Assembly: GCA_041615815.1 (NCBI GenBank)
Contig: JBFJCP010000019.1
Span: forward strand, 1 to 64,000
Source of the DNA: Gemmatimonadales bacterium
GTDB lineage: Bacteria > Gemmatimonadota > Gemmatimonadetes > Gemmatimonadales > GWC2-71-9
DNA: 64,000 nt
Reading direction: 5' to 3'
The translations under genes and the position numbers were made by a program. A model generated the notes under the pieces. That model searched no databases, was not told the origin of the DNA, and saw nothing but the letters and a program-made list of their open reading frames with translations. Shown one piece after another: positions 52,809-62,197 of the stretch (the first letter of the stretch is position 1; each line of letters begins with the position of its first letter).

Positions 52809-53987
52809 CTACACGTTGGTGGCCGCCTTGAGCGCCCGGTCCAAATCCGCCAGGAGGTCGTCCGGATCCTCGATCCCGACCGAGAGACGGACGAGGCCCG
52901 GGCTGAGTCCAGTGCTCTCACGCAGGGCTTGGGGAACGCTGGCGTGGGTCATCGTGATCGGGTGCCCGATCAGGCTCTCGACGCCCCCGAGCGATTCGGC
53001 GAGGGCAAAGATCCGCGTGCCCTCGACCATGGCCTTGGCCCGGTCGAGAGATCCTACGTCGAGAGAGATCATCCCGCCAAACCCGAGCATCTGCCGGCAG
53101 GCCAGCTCGTGTTGCGGGTGGCTCGTGAGCCCGGGGTAGAACACCCGTCGCACGGCACGATGCTGCTCCAGCCAGTGCGCAATCCGGCGTCCGGACTGGT
53201 CGTGTCGTTCCATCCGAACAGCCAGGGTCTTGGTTCCGCGGACCGTCAGCCAGCAATCGAGGGGTCCCGGTACCGCTCCCGCGGCATTTTGCAGGAACGC
53301 GAGGCGCTCGGCGAGGTCGTCCCGGGTGGTGACGATGATTCCACCCACCACGTCGCTGTGCCCGTTGAGGTACTTGGTGGTCGAGTGCATGACTATGTCC
53401 GCACCGAACTCGATGGGACGTTGGAAGACGGGCGTCGCGAACGTGTTGTCGACCACGAGCACCGCATCGCGACTCCGCGAGACCTGGGCCACGTGCGCGA
53501 GATCGGTGAGGTGCATCATGGGATTGGTGGGCGTCTCGACGTAGACGATCTTGGTCCGGGGCGTGAAGGCCGCCTCCACGAGTCCGATGTCGCGCGTGTC
53601 GACGAACGAGAACTCGAGCCCGACCCGCTGGAAGACCTGGGTCATCAGACGATGCGTACCGCCGTAGACATTCTCGCCGCAGATGACGTGGTCGCCAGCG
53701 TCGAGCAACTTGAGAATGGCATCGATGGCCGCCATGCCGGAACTGAAGGCGAGCCCATGGGTGCCACGTTCGAGGGTGGCAATGTTGCGCTCCAGGACGT
53801 CCCGGGTGGGGTTGCGGGTCCGAGCATACTCGAACCCCTTGTGGTCCCCCAGGCCGTCCTGCACGTAGGTGGACGTCTGGTAGATGGGGGGCATGATCGC
53901 CCCGGTGGCCTCATCGGGCCGTTGGCCGGCGTGGATGGCCTGCGTGGCCAGTTTTTGGGACAGATCTTCGTCAAAGACGCGGGCCAT
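52809..53987 (-). CDS. Cystathionine gamma-synthase/lyase (PLP transsulfuration family)
   Basis: YAR..NPT, FSSGMAA, DNTF, STTKY.NGH and AESLGG motifs. Confidence 0.93.
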   Translation of the reverse strand: MARVFDEDLSQKLATQAIHAGQRPDEATGAIMPPIYQTSTYVQDGLGDHKGFEYARTRNPTRDVLERNIATLERGTHGLAFSSGMAAIDAILKLLDAGDHVICGENVYGGTHRLMTQVFQRVGLEFSFVDTRDIGLVEAAFTPRTKIVYVETPTNPMMHLTDLAHVAQVSRSRDAVLVVDNTFATPVFQRPIEFGADIVMHSTTKYLNGHSDVVGGIIVTTRDDLAERLAFLQNAAGAVPGPLDCWLTVRGTKTLAVRMERHDQSGRRIAHWLEQHRAVRRVFYPGLTSHPQHELACRQMLGFGGMISLDVGSLDRAKAMVEGTRIFALAESLGGVESLIGHPITMTHASVPQALRESTGLSPGLVRLSVGIEDPDDLLADLDRALKAATNV

Positions 53988-54090
53988 CGGGGTCTCACGG
54001 GGTGCAAGCATCGCAACCTACACGTTTCCAAACGCTCCGGGCAAGCGAACGGTTCGCCTCGCCTTGGGAGCCTGATTACCTTCGCTACCT

Positions 54091-55470
54091 ATGACGAACA
54101 CGCTGATGACGAGCGTTTCCGGAGTGCGAGGGATCGTGGGGACCGATCTCACGCCAGCCGTGGTCGTTCGCTACGCCGTGGCTTTTGGGCGGATCGTGGC
54201 GAAGACGGGGAAGACAGCCGTGGTGTTGGCTCGGGATGCCCGAACGTCCGGACCGATGTTTGCGGCGGCGGCCCGCGCGGCACTGCAGTCTATCGGTCTG
54301 GATGTAGTGGATTGTGGCCTCATTCCGACCCCGACGGCGCAGCTCGCCGTGGAGCATCACGAGGCGGCGGGCGGCATCATCATCACCGCCAGTCACAATC
54401 CGGTCGAATGGAACGCTCTCAAATTCGTGGGTCCCGACGGTCTCTTCTTGGGTCCGGACGAGGCCCAGCGCCTTCTGCAAATCGCGGCTGAGGATCAGGG
54501 CCCCGGGAGCCCCTGGAGCGCAATCGGTGGGCAGCGGACCGATCACGAGGCCGTTGGACGACACCTCGCGGCGGTACTGGCGCTTCCGACCATCGACCTG
54601 GCTGCGATACGAGCGCGGTCGTTTACCGTGGCTTTGGACTGTGTTCGCGGAGCGGGTGGAACGATCATGCCGGCCTTGTTGGACGCGCTCGGTTGCGTCG
54701 TGGTGGGGATGGATCTAGAGCCGGATGGCCGCTTCCCCCGGGCTCCGGAGCCGCTCCCAGGGAATCTCGGCGGCCTCGGGCAGCTGGTGCAGCAGAGTGA
54801 CGCGGATCTGGGGATTGCCGTCGACCCGGACGTGGATCGGTTGGCGGTCGTGGACGAGCAGGGGCGTCCCATTGGTGAGGATTACACGTTGGCGTTTGCC
54901 GTCCGAGCCGTGCTCACGGGGGATCCTGGTCCCGTCGTCGTGAATCTGTCGACGTCGTTGGTCGTGGATGACGCCGCGCGGCCGTTTGGTATCGACGTTC
55001 ACCGGGCACCGGTGGGCGAGGCGAACGTGGCCCGGCGCATGCGTGAGGTCGGGGCGGCGATCGGCGGTGAGGGGAATGGAGGTGTGATTCTGCCCGCGCT
55101 GCATCTCGGGCGCGACGCCCCGGTGGCCGCCGCCCTGGTGCTCCACCTCTTGGCGACGACCGATACTTCGGTCAGTGCACTCGTGGGGTCACAGCCGCAC
55201 TACACGATCGTGAAAGACAAGCTACCGCGGCGTGGGGACCTGGATCGCACCTACCGGGTGTTGACGGAGCGATTCGCAGACGGGGTGGCGGATCACCAGG
55301 ATGGGCTGCGGCTGGCCTGGTCGGACCGTTGGTTGCACGTGCGGCCGTCGGGGACCGAGCCCATCATCCGTATCATCGCCGAGGGTCCGTCTGCCGAGGT
55401 CGCGAACGCCCTCATCGCCAGCTGTCGGGAACATTTGGAAGGAGAACGAGCCGAGTCATGTGTGGAATAA
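54091..55470 (+). CDS. glmM: Phosphoglucosamine mutase / phosphohexomutase
   Basis: TASHNP, DPDVDR, GEGNGG and RPSGTEP motifs; adjacent to glmS. Confidence 0.85.
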   Translation: MTNTLMTSVSGVRGIVGTDLTPAVVVRYAVAFGRIVAKTGKTAVVLARDARTSGPMFAAAARAALQSIGLDVVDCGLIPTPTAQLAVEHHEAAGGIIITASHNPVEWNALKFVGPDGLFLGPDEAQRLLQIAAEDQGPGSPWSAIGGQRTDHEAVGRHLAAVLALPTIDLAAIRARSFTVALDCVRGAGGTIMPALLDALGCVVVGMDLEPDGRFPRAPEPLPGNLGGLGQLVQQSDADLGIAVDPDVDRLAVVDEQGRPIGEDYTLAFAVRAVLTGDPGPVVVNLSTSLVVDDAARPFGIDVHRAPVGEANVARRMREVGAAIGGEGNGGVILPALHLGRDAPVAAALVLHLLATTDTSVSALVGSQPHYTIVKDKLPRRGDLDRTYRVLTERFADGVADHQDGLRLAWSDRWLHVRPSGTEPIIRIIAEGPSAEVANALIASCREHLEGERAESCVE

Positions 55471-57284
55471 TCGCGTACGTCGGACATCGCGAAGCGACGC
55501 CGGTGCTCATGGAAGGTTTGCGGCGTCTCGAGTACCGGGGTTACGACTCGGCTGGGCTTGCCGTGCTGGAGGATGGCCGGCTGCGCGTCGAGAAGGCAGC
55601 CGGACGCATCAGTGACCTCCAGGGCCACTTGGGAGACCAGCTGCCCCGAGGGCACGTGGGCATCGCCCATACGCGGTGGGCCACGCACGGGGTGCCGAAC
55701 GACGTCAATGCGCACCCGCACGTGGATTGCGGAGGGACGATTGCACTGGTGCACAACGGGATCATCGAAAACGCCGGTGCCCTCAGAGAACTGCTGATCC
55801 AACGAGGCCATCAACTCCGCTCCGAGACCGATACCGAAGTCCTGGCACATCTCATCGAGACCGTGTACGAAGACTCCCTCGAGGCAGCCGTGGCCGCCGC
55901 GCTCAGGGAAGTCGAAGGCGCCTACGGGGTCGCCGTGATCTCGTCGCGGGAACCGGGGATCTTGGTCGCCGCCCGCTACGGTTCACCGTTGCTGGTGGGA
56001 TTGGGCGACCGAGAGTACTTCGTGGCGTCCGACGCGTCGGCCCTGCTGGAGCACACCCGCTCCGTGGTGTATCTGGACGACGGCGAGATCGCCGTGCTGC
56101 GCCACGACGGCTACCACGTCGCGGATCTGAAAACCACGCGACTCGAAAAGCGTGTGAGCACGTTGGATTGGGATCTCGCCACTATCGAACGTGGTGGGTA
56201 TCCCCACTTCATGTTGAAAGAGATCATGGAGCAGCCGGACGCCATCCGGAATACGCTCCGCGGTCGACTGCTGGAGGATGAGGGCTCGGCGCGGCTCGGC
56301 GGCATCAACCTCACGGACCGGGAGTTGCTCGCGTTCGATCGTGTGGTCCTCACCGCGTGTGGCACATCGTGGCATGCCGCCCTGATCGGCGAATACATGA
56401 TGGAAGAGCTGGCGCGGATCCCGGTGGAGGTCGAGTACGCGTCCGAGTTCCGGTATCGGAATCCCATCGTCGACGAGCGCACGTTGGTTGTAGGCATATC
56501 TCAAAGTGGCGAAACGGCGGATACGCTCGCGGCGGTGCGTGAAGCGAAGCAGCGTGGAGCTCGGACCCTGGGCATCGTCAATGCTGTTGGGAGCACGCTG
56601 GCACGTGAGGTCGACGGTGGGATTTACATCCATGCGGGTCCGGAGGTGGGCGTTGCCAGCACCAAGGCGTTCACCTGTCAGGTCGTCGCATTGGCGCTCC
56701 TCACGCTGCGGCTCGGAAGACTCCGTGCGCTCTCCGTGCTCCAAGGTCGAGAAATCGTGCGAGCGCTCCGACAGCTCCCGGACCAGGTAGGTGCTGTGCT
56801 GGCGAATGCCCGCAAGGCGGAAGATATCGCGCAGTCATTCATGCGTGCCCAGAATGCCCTGTACTTGGGGCGTGGGTACAATTTTCCGGTCGCGTTAGAA
56901 GGCGCGTTGAAACTCAAGGAGATCTCGTACATTCACGCCGAGGGGTATCCCGCCGCGGAGATGAAGCACGGGCCCATAGCCCTGATCGATGAGCTCATGC
57001 CCGTGGTCTTCATTGCACCGCGGGACAACGTGCACCAGAAGATCGTGTCCAACCTCGAGGAAGTGAAAGCCCGCCGTGGCCGTGTCCTCGCGATCGCGAC
57101 GCATGGGGACGAGCGAATTGCGGAGCTGGCCGATCACCTCTTCACGATTCCCGAGACCCTCGACCATCTGACCCCCGTGTTGTCAGTCATCCCGCTCCAA
57201 CTGTTCGCGTATTACATCGCCGTGCGCCGTGGGTGCGATGTGGATCGCCCGCGAAATCTGGCCAAGTCGGTGACCGTGGAGTGA
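55458..57284 (+). CDS. glmS: Glutamine-fructose-6-phosphate transaminase
   Basis: MCGI, RGYDSAG, HTRWATHG and PRNLAKSVTVE motifs. Confidence 0.98.
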   Translation: MCGIIAYVGHREATPVLMEGLRRLEYRGYDSAGLAVLEDGRLRVEKAAGRISDLQGHLGDQLPRGHVGIAHTRWATHGVPNDVNAHPHVDCGGTIALVHNGIIENAGALRELLIQRGHQLRSETDTEVLAHLIETVYEDSLEAAVAAALREVEGAYGVAVISSREPGILVAARYGSPLLVGLGDREYFVASDASALLEHTRSVVYLDDGEIAVLRHDGYHVADLKTTRLEKRVSTLDWDLATIERGGYPHFMLKEIMEQPDAIRNTLRGRLLEDEGSARLGGINLTDRELLAFDRVVLTACGTSWHAALIGEYMMEELARIPVEVEYASEFRYRNPIVDERTLVVGISQSGETADTLAAVREAKQRGARTLGIVNAVGSTLAREVDGGIYIHAGPEVGVASTKAFTCQVVALALLTLRLGRLRALSVLQGREIVRALRQLPDQVGAVLANARKAEDIAQSFMRAQNALYLGRGYNFPVALEGALKLKEISYIHAEGYPAAEMKHGPIALIDELMPVVFIAPRDNVHQKIVSNLEEVKARRGRVLAIATHGDERIAELADHLFTIPETLDHLTPVLSVIPLQLFAYYIAVRRGCDVDRPRNLAKSVTVE

Positions 57285-57392
57285 GCGAGGACGGAACGTT
57301 GGACGGGCGGAGACTAGGAACGAACCGGTGCACCGTGCACCCCCATGCCGTCCTTCCGTGGTTCCATCAGAGTGAGTGGGGGCCATAGCAGC

Positions 57393-57830
57393 ATGCGCGT
57401 GGTCCTCCAGCGGGTATCCCGAGCGTGCGTCACGGTGAACGGAGCGGTCACGGGCGAGATTGGTACAGGGTTCGTGGTGCTCGTTGGTTTCACGCACAGT
57501 GATCAGGACGAGCAGCTGCAGTGGATGGCGGACAAGATTGCCGGACTGCGGGTCTTTGCCGATGAAAACGGCAAGATGAACCGCGACCTGCGCGCCAGCA
57601 CCGGCCGTGTTCTCGTCGTTTCCCAATTCACCCTGTACGGCGATGTGCGGAAGGGCCGGCGGCCATCATTCGTTGCGGCGGCACCGCCGGAGCAGGCCGA
57701 GCGGCTCTACGGCCTGTTTCTCGAAGCACTCCGCGAGCGGGGGCTTCCGGTAGCGTCTGGCGTTTTCGGGGCCATGATGGATGTGGAGCTCGTCAACGAT
57801 GGTCCCGTCACCCTGATCATCGATCGGTGA
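57393..57830 (+). CDS. dtd: D-aminoacyl-tRNA deacylase
   Basis: QRV, SQFTL and NDGPVT motifs. Confidence 0.96.
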   Translation: MRVVLQRVSRACVTVNGAVTGEIGTGFVVLVGFTHSDQDEQLQWMADKIAGLRVFADENGKMNRDLRASTGRVLVVSQFTLYGDVRKGRRPSFVAAAPPEQAERLYGLFLEALRERGLPVASGVFGAMMDVELVNDGPVTLIIDR

Positions 57831-58399
57831 TCGTTCTCGCCTCGGGTTCGCCCCGTCGACGACGCCTCCTCGAGATGCTGGGGATCCCCCACGTCGTGGA
57901 TCCACCCAACGTCGATGAGCGGGCCGAGCCTGCCGAGCTGCCCGAGATGCAGGCTGCGCGGCTGGCGCGTGAGAAGGCGGAGGTGGTCGCCGACCGCCGT
58001 CCAGGCGACCTCGTGCTGGCGGCGGACACGATAGTGGTGCTGAACGACCAAGTCTTGGGAAAACCCACGTCCCCCGGCGATGCGCAGCGGATGCTCGCCA
58101 TGCTGGCCGGGCGAGAGCATCGAGTCGTCACGGCCGTGGCCGTGGCTGAGGACGGACGGGTGTGGGAACGGTGCGATATCACGCGCGTGTGGTTTCGGCC
58201 GCTCAGCGCCGAGACCATCGCGGCCTATGTGGCGACCGGGGAGCCGTTGGACAAGGCGGGTGCCTACGGGGTCCAAGGGTATGGCGCGGTGTTGGTGGAG
58301 CGGATCGACGGGGACTTTTTCGGGGTGATGGGCCTACCGCTGCGTCTGGTGTTCGATCTGTTGGCGGAGGCAGGCCGGCCTTACCGCTTCACACGGTAA
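57827..58399 (+). CDS. maf: Maf family nucleotide pyrophosphatase
   Basis: [15 protein letters not shown] and DKAGAY motifs. Confidence 0.95.
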   Translation: MIVLASGSPRRRRLLEMLGIPHVVDPPNVDERAEPAELPEMQAARLAREKAEVVADRRPGDLVLAADTIVVLNDQVLGKPTSPGDAQRMLAMLAGREHRVVTAVAVAEDGRVWERCDITRVWFRPLSAETIAAYVATGEPLDKAGAYGVQGYGAVLVERIDGDFFGVMGLPLRLVFDLLAEAGRPYRFTR

Positions 58400-59997
58400 A
58401 CCGCAACGGCCTGCGCCTTTCCTTTCAATTGCAGAGGTTCGAGGGTCTCGACGTCCGGTGGTGTCTTGAGGGCGGCATACAGGGGTTCGGTAATCAGGAT
58501 CTCGCCCCGCCCTGCCTTGGTGCAAAGGCGCGCCGCGGTGTTCACGGCGTCGCCAATGACCGTGTATTCGAGTCGTCGATCGCTGCCAATGTTGCCAGCG
58601 AAGACTTCACCGAAGTTGATCCCGATGCCGATCTCGACGCGCCGCTTCCCCTCCGCGGTCCACTTGGCGTTGAGCTCGTCGAGCACCCGCTGCATTTCCA
58701 TGGCCGCCCGGATGGCCCGATCGGCATCGTCGTCCCGGCTGAGCGGTGCCCCCCAGAGGGCCATGATCGCATCACCCATGAACTTGTCCAGCGTCCCACC
58801 GTGTTCGAAAACGATCTCCACCATTTCCGTGAAGTACTCCGTGAGCAGCGTGGCGATCTCGTCCGGACTCATGGCCTCGGACATGGGTGTGAAATCCCGA
58901 ATGTCGCTGAAAAAGACCACGACCGGTCGCTTCGTCCCCCCCAACTGAATGGCGTCCTTCTGGCCGGCAATCTGGCTGGCGAGGTCTGGTGCGAAATAAC
59001 GCTGGAAGTTCGACAGCATCACCGCCTCGCGGCGGACTCGCTCGGTGAGCTGGCTATTCTCGATACCAACCGCGGCGATCCCCGAAAACGCGATCAGAAA
59101 CTCGAGGTCTTCGTCGCCGAAGGAGTTGGTGGCGGTCAAGTTGTCAACGTAGATGATGCCGAGAACCTTCCCATCGCTCCCCATGAGCGGAGTACACATG
59201 GCGCTCCGCACGCTCTGCAGCACGATGGACTTGCCCTTGAACCGCTGATCGGCGGCCGCGTTGTCGGTGAGGATGGCCAGCCGCTCGTTCACCGCTCGAC
59301 GCGCAATCGACTGTGGGACGTGGCGACTACCGCCGGCATCGCCAAGTCGGTTCTTGGATACACGCGGCACCAACTCCTGCGCCTCGCCTTCCAGCATCAG
59401 GATGGATACGCGATCCACGTTCATGACCTGAAAGGTGATGTCGACCACCTTCTCGAGGAGCTTGTTCACGTCCTGCTGCTTGGACAGCTCCTTCGAGATA
59501 TCGAGGAGCAGGGAGAGCTTGCGTGCCTGCCGCTCGTCGACAGACTCACCTTCGACACGGAGCTGTGAGCCGCTGGGAGGAGGTGCAACGGACTGGTCCA
59601 GCTGGTCCAGTTCTCCCCCGGCGGACACTGCTACCTGACGGACGATCGTGGCGTCGGGCGGAGGTTTCGGGGTGAACCCCGCGTCGTCCTGACGTGTGGG
59701 GCGGGGAGCGGTGACTTCCACCACTTTGAAGGCCACTTTCCCGAAAGTCACAATATCGCCGTCCGCCACCGTCGTTTCGCTGACGCGCGAACCGTTCACG
59801 AACGTTCCGTTGCTCGAGCCGAGATCCCGGACCCGAACCCCCCCGTTCGTGAGGGTGACCTCGGCATGGCGGCGCGACACCGTGGGGTCGTAGATGGGCA
59901 CGTCGCTCGTGACCGCCCTCCCCACCGTGAGTGAGCGGGCCTGGGTAAGGTCGATGGTCTGTTCGCCGCTGGTGCTGAGCAACTTGAATGCGGGCAA
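58381..59997 (-). CDS. FHA-GAF-class III adenylate cyclase
   Basis: FHA GR..VSRRHA..SSNGT; GAF SAMCTPL; cyclase FSDIRDFT, DKFMGDA and YTVIGDAVN.AARL; TTG start after GGGAG. Confidence 0.92.
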   Translation of the reverse strand: MPAFKLLSTSGEQTIDLTQARSLTVGRAVTSDVPIYDPTVSRRHAEVTLTNGGVRVRDLGSSNGTFVNGSRVSETTVADGDIVTFGKVAFKVVEVTAPRPTRQDDAGFTPKPPPDATIVRQVAVSAGGELDQLDQSVAPPPSGSQLRVEGESVDERQARKLSLLLDISKELSKQQDVNKLLEKVVDITFQVMNVDRVSILMLEGEAQELVPRVSKNRLGDAGGSRHVPQSIARRAVNERLAILTDNAAADQRFKGKSIVLQSVRSAMCTPLMGSDGKVLGIIYVDNLTATNSFGDEDLEFLIAFSGIAAVGIENSQLTERVRREAVMLSNFQRYFAPDLASQIAGQKDAIQLGGTKRPVVVFFSDIRDFTPMSEAMSPDEIATLLTEYFTEMVEIVFEHGGTLDKFMGDAIMALWGAPLSRDDDADRAIRAAMEMQRVLDELNAKWTAEGKRRVEIGIGINFGEVFAGNIGSDRRLEYTVIGDAVNTAARLCTKAGRGEILITEPLYAALKTPPDVETLEPLQLKGKAQAVAVYRVKR

Positions 59998-60047
59998 GAT
60001 CCCACTCCCTCGAAACCCAAGAATATACGCCTGCCGAAAGACGTCCG

Positions 60048-61541
60048 CTAAACAGGCTCGGCCAACGCGAGCGCCCGGAGCACCGCGCCCGCCTTGTTCT
60101 CCGTCTCCTCGAGTTCCCGAGCGGGATCGCTGTCGGCGACGATCCCCGCCCCGGCCTGGACGTGTGCCTGTCCTTTCCGGAGAATCGCCGTTCGGATCGC
60201 GATCGCCGTGTCCATCGTCGCGCCTCCCCACCCGATATACCCGACCGCCCCCGCGTAGGGGCCGCGTCGCGTGGGCTCGAGCCCATCGAGAATCTCCATG
60301 GCCCGCACCTTGGGAGCACCGGAGACGGTTCCGGCTGGAAAGCATGCCCTGAGCGCGTCCACGGCGTCGAGACCCGACCGCAGGCGGCCGCGCACCTCGC
60401 TGACGATGTGCTGGACGTGAGAGTAACGCTCCACGATCTCCCGTTCGGTCACGCGCACGGAGCCGAAGTGCGCCACGCGCCCCACATCGTTCCGGCCGAG
60501 GTCCACGAGCATGGCATGTTCGGCACGTTCTTTCTCGTCGGCCAGCAATTCCGCCGCGAGCCGCGCGTCGTCCTCGGCATTGGCACCGCGGGGGCGCGTG
60601 CCGGCGATAGGTCTGACCGTTGCCTCGCCGTCCTCCACCCGGACGAGCACCTCCGGTGAGCTGCCCTCGAGCGTCAGCCCGTCAAGCTGGAGGAAGTACA
60701 GGTATGGGGCTGGATTCAGCGCGCGTAGGGAACGGTAGACGTCCAGCGGGTCGGCGCGACACTCCAGGTCTTGGCGTCTGGACAGCACCACCTGGTACGC
60801 GTCGCCAGCCCGGATGTATTCCTTTATCCGCACCACGTCACGCTCGAACGCCGCGGCCGGATACGGGGTGAGCGGGCGGATTGAGGCGCCCCCGCTCAGG
60901 CGAAGCGGTCGCAAGGCAGGCGGCGCCATGAGTCGCTCGAATAGCCGATCGATGCGGGTGATCGCTGAGTCGTACAGCTTGCGGAGGTCGGTGGGAGTGG
61001 CCGCCGGGGGGACTCTGGTGTTCGCCACCAGGAGCGCGCGCGCGAAGGCATTGTCGATCACGATCAGTGTGTCGGCGAACATAAACAGCGCGTCGGGCAA
61101 CCCGAGGTCGTCCTGGGGTCCACCCGGAAGCCGCTCCATCGCCCGCACCGCGTCGAACCCCAGATACCCCACAGCCCCCCCGGCGAAGCGCGGGAGCTCG
61201 GGGAGCGCAACGGGGTGTGCCTCCCGAACCCGCGCCGCGATGTGGGCCAGCGGATCGACCACCTCCCCCGCATCTTCCCACCCCTGCTCCGGCGTCCAGC
61301 GTGCGGCGTGGCCCGCTCGATAGCGCCACGCTTCGCCGGGGTCGGTGCCCAAGAACGTAAACCGTGCCCAGCGCTCCCCACCAACGAGCGACTCGAGCAG
61401 AAAGCCAAAAGGCGGGCGGGCCACGGCTGCGTACGCCGTGACGGGTGTGAGGGTGTCCGCGGCAAACTCACGGACGACCGGAACGATGTCGCCCTGCGTG
61501 GAAAGCGCCCGAAACGTCTCGAACGTCGTGTGAAGCGTCAC
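60048..61541 (-). CDS. trpE: Anthranilate synthase component I
   Basis: LLES, NPAPY, PIAGT, EH.MLVDLGRND and GTVSGAPK motifs; GTG start 61541. Confidence 0.93.
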   Translation of the reverse strand: MTLHTTFETFRALSTQGDIVPVVREFAADTLTPVTAYAAVARPPFGFLLESLVGGERWARFTFLGTDPGEAWRYRAGHAARWTPEQGWEDAGEVVDPLAHIAARVREAHPVALPELPRFAGGAVGYLGFDAVRAMERLPGGPQDDLGLPDALFMFADTLIVIDNAFARALLVANTRVPPAATPTDLRKLYDSAITRIDRLFERLMAPPALRPLRLSGGASIRPLTPYPAAAFERDVVRIKEYIRAGDAYQVVLSRRQDLECRADPLDVYRSLRALNPAPYLYFLQLDGLTLEGSSPEVLVRVEDGEATVRPIAGTRPRGANAEDDARLAAELLADEKERAEHAMLVDLGRNDVGRVAHFGSVRVTEREIVERYSHVQHIVSEVRGRLRSGLDAVDALRACFPAGTVSGAPKVRAMEILDGLEPTRRGPYAGAVGYIGWGGATMDTAIAIRTAILRKGQAHVQAGAGIVADSDPARELEETENKAGAVLRALALAEPV

Positions 61542-62197
61542 CGTGGTGCCGCGAGCACGAACTCTCCACCTTCCGGAATCGAGGCACTCATCTGATCGGT
61601 GCCAGAGGACCGGGAGCTCGGCGCCACCTCCCACCGATCGATCCCGACCGATCTCCAGATGTCCAGGGCCGCGGCGTACGCATCCGCGGATGCGTAGGTG
61701 GGCGACCCGGCGACGACACTGAAGTCTCCGTAGCGCGCGAAGAAGAGCGTGGCGGTGGGACGAAACGCGTTCACGAACTCGAGGCCGGTTGGGCTGATGG
61801 TGAATCCGTACAGTCCCGCGCGGGGACTCACGGTCACCATCACCGAGTCGTTGGGCCCGAGCGGCTGCCCATTCAGGGCGGCGAGCGCCCCGGCCGGCAC
61901 ATCGAGCTGCATATAGGCCGTGATGGATCCGTCCGGGTGCGAGAGCACCCGAACGGTCGCGCGACTGTTCACCAGCCAAACATTGATGGGTGACGGTGCC
62001 GGTGCTCCGCCCTGTTGCGGGAGTAGGAGGAGCTCGCTCAAGCTGCGTGTGCCGGAGGGCGGTGCCAACGCATCGGTACATGCCGATGCCAGAGCCACGG
62101 TTGCCGCCAGCCCGAGCCCCCATGATATTGCCGGGCGATGCGCCGCGTAGCGTGCCTCACCACGATCCTCGGGCTCGTTGGACCGTCGGCCGCCCAT
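61538..62197 (-). CDS. Hypothetical lipoprotein (start uncertain)
   Basis: Hydrophobic signal with LASAC lipobox; stop overlaps trpE GTG. Confidence 0.55.
   Translation of the reverse strand: MGGRRSNEPEDRGEARYAAHRPAISWGLGLAATVALASACTDALAPPSGTRSLSELLLLPQQGGAPAPSPINVWLVNSRATVRVLSHPDGSITAYMQLDVPAGALAALNGQPLGPNDSVMVTVSPRAGLYGFTISPTGLEFVNAFRPTATLFFARYGDFSVVAGSPTYASADAYAAALDIWRSVGIDRWEVAPSSRSSGTDQMSASIPEGGEFVLAAPR

Noticed and set aside
55329..55457. glmS ribozyme or N-terminal extension
   Set aside because: glmS overlaps glmM so there is no leader, and GlmS must start at MCG (55458)
57337..57351. GGTGCAC-C-GTGCACC palindrome between glmS and dtd
   Set aside because: Short, GC-rich and without a U-tract; no function can be supported
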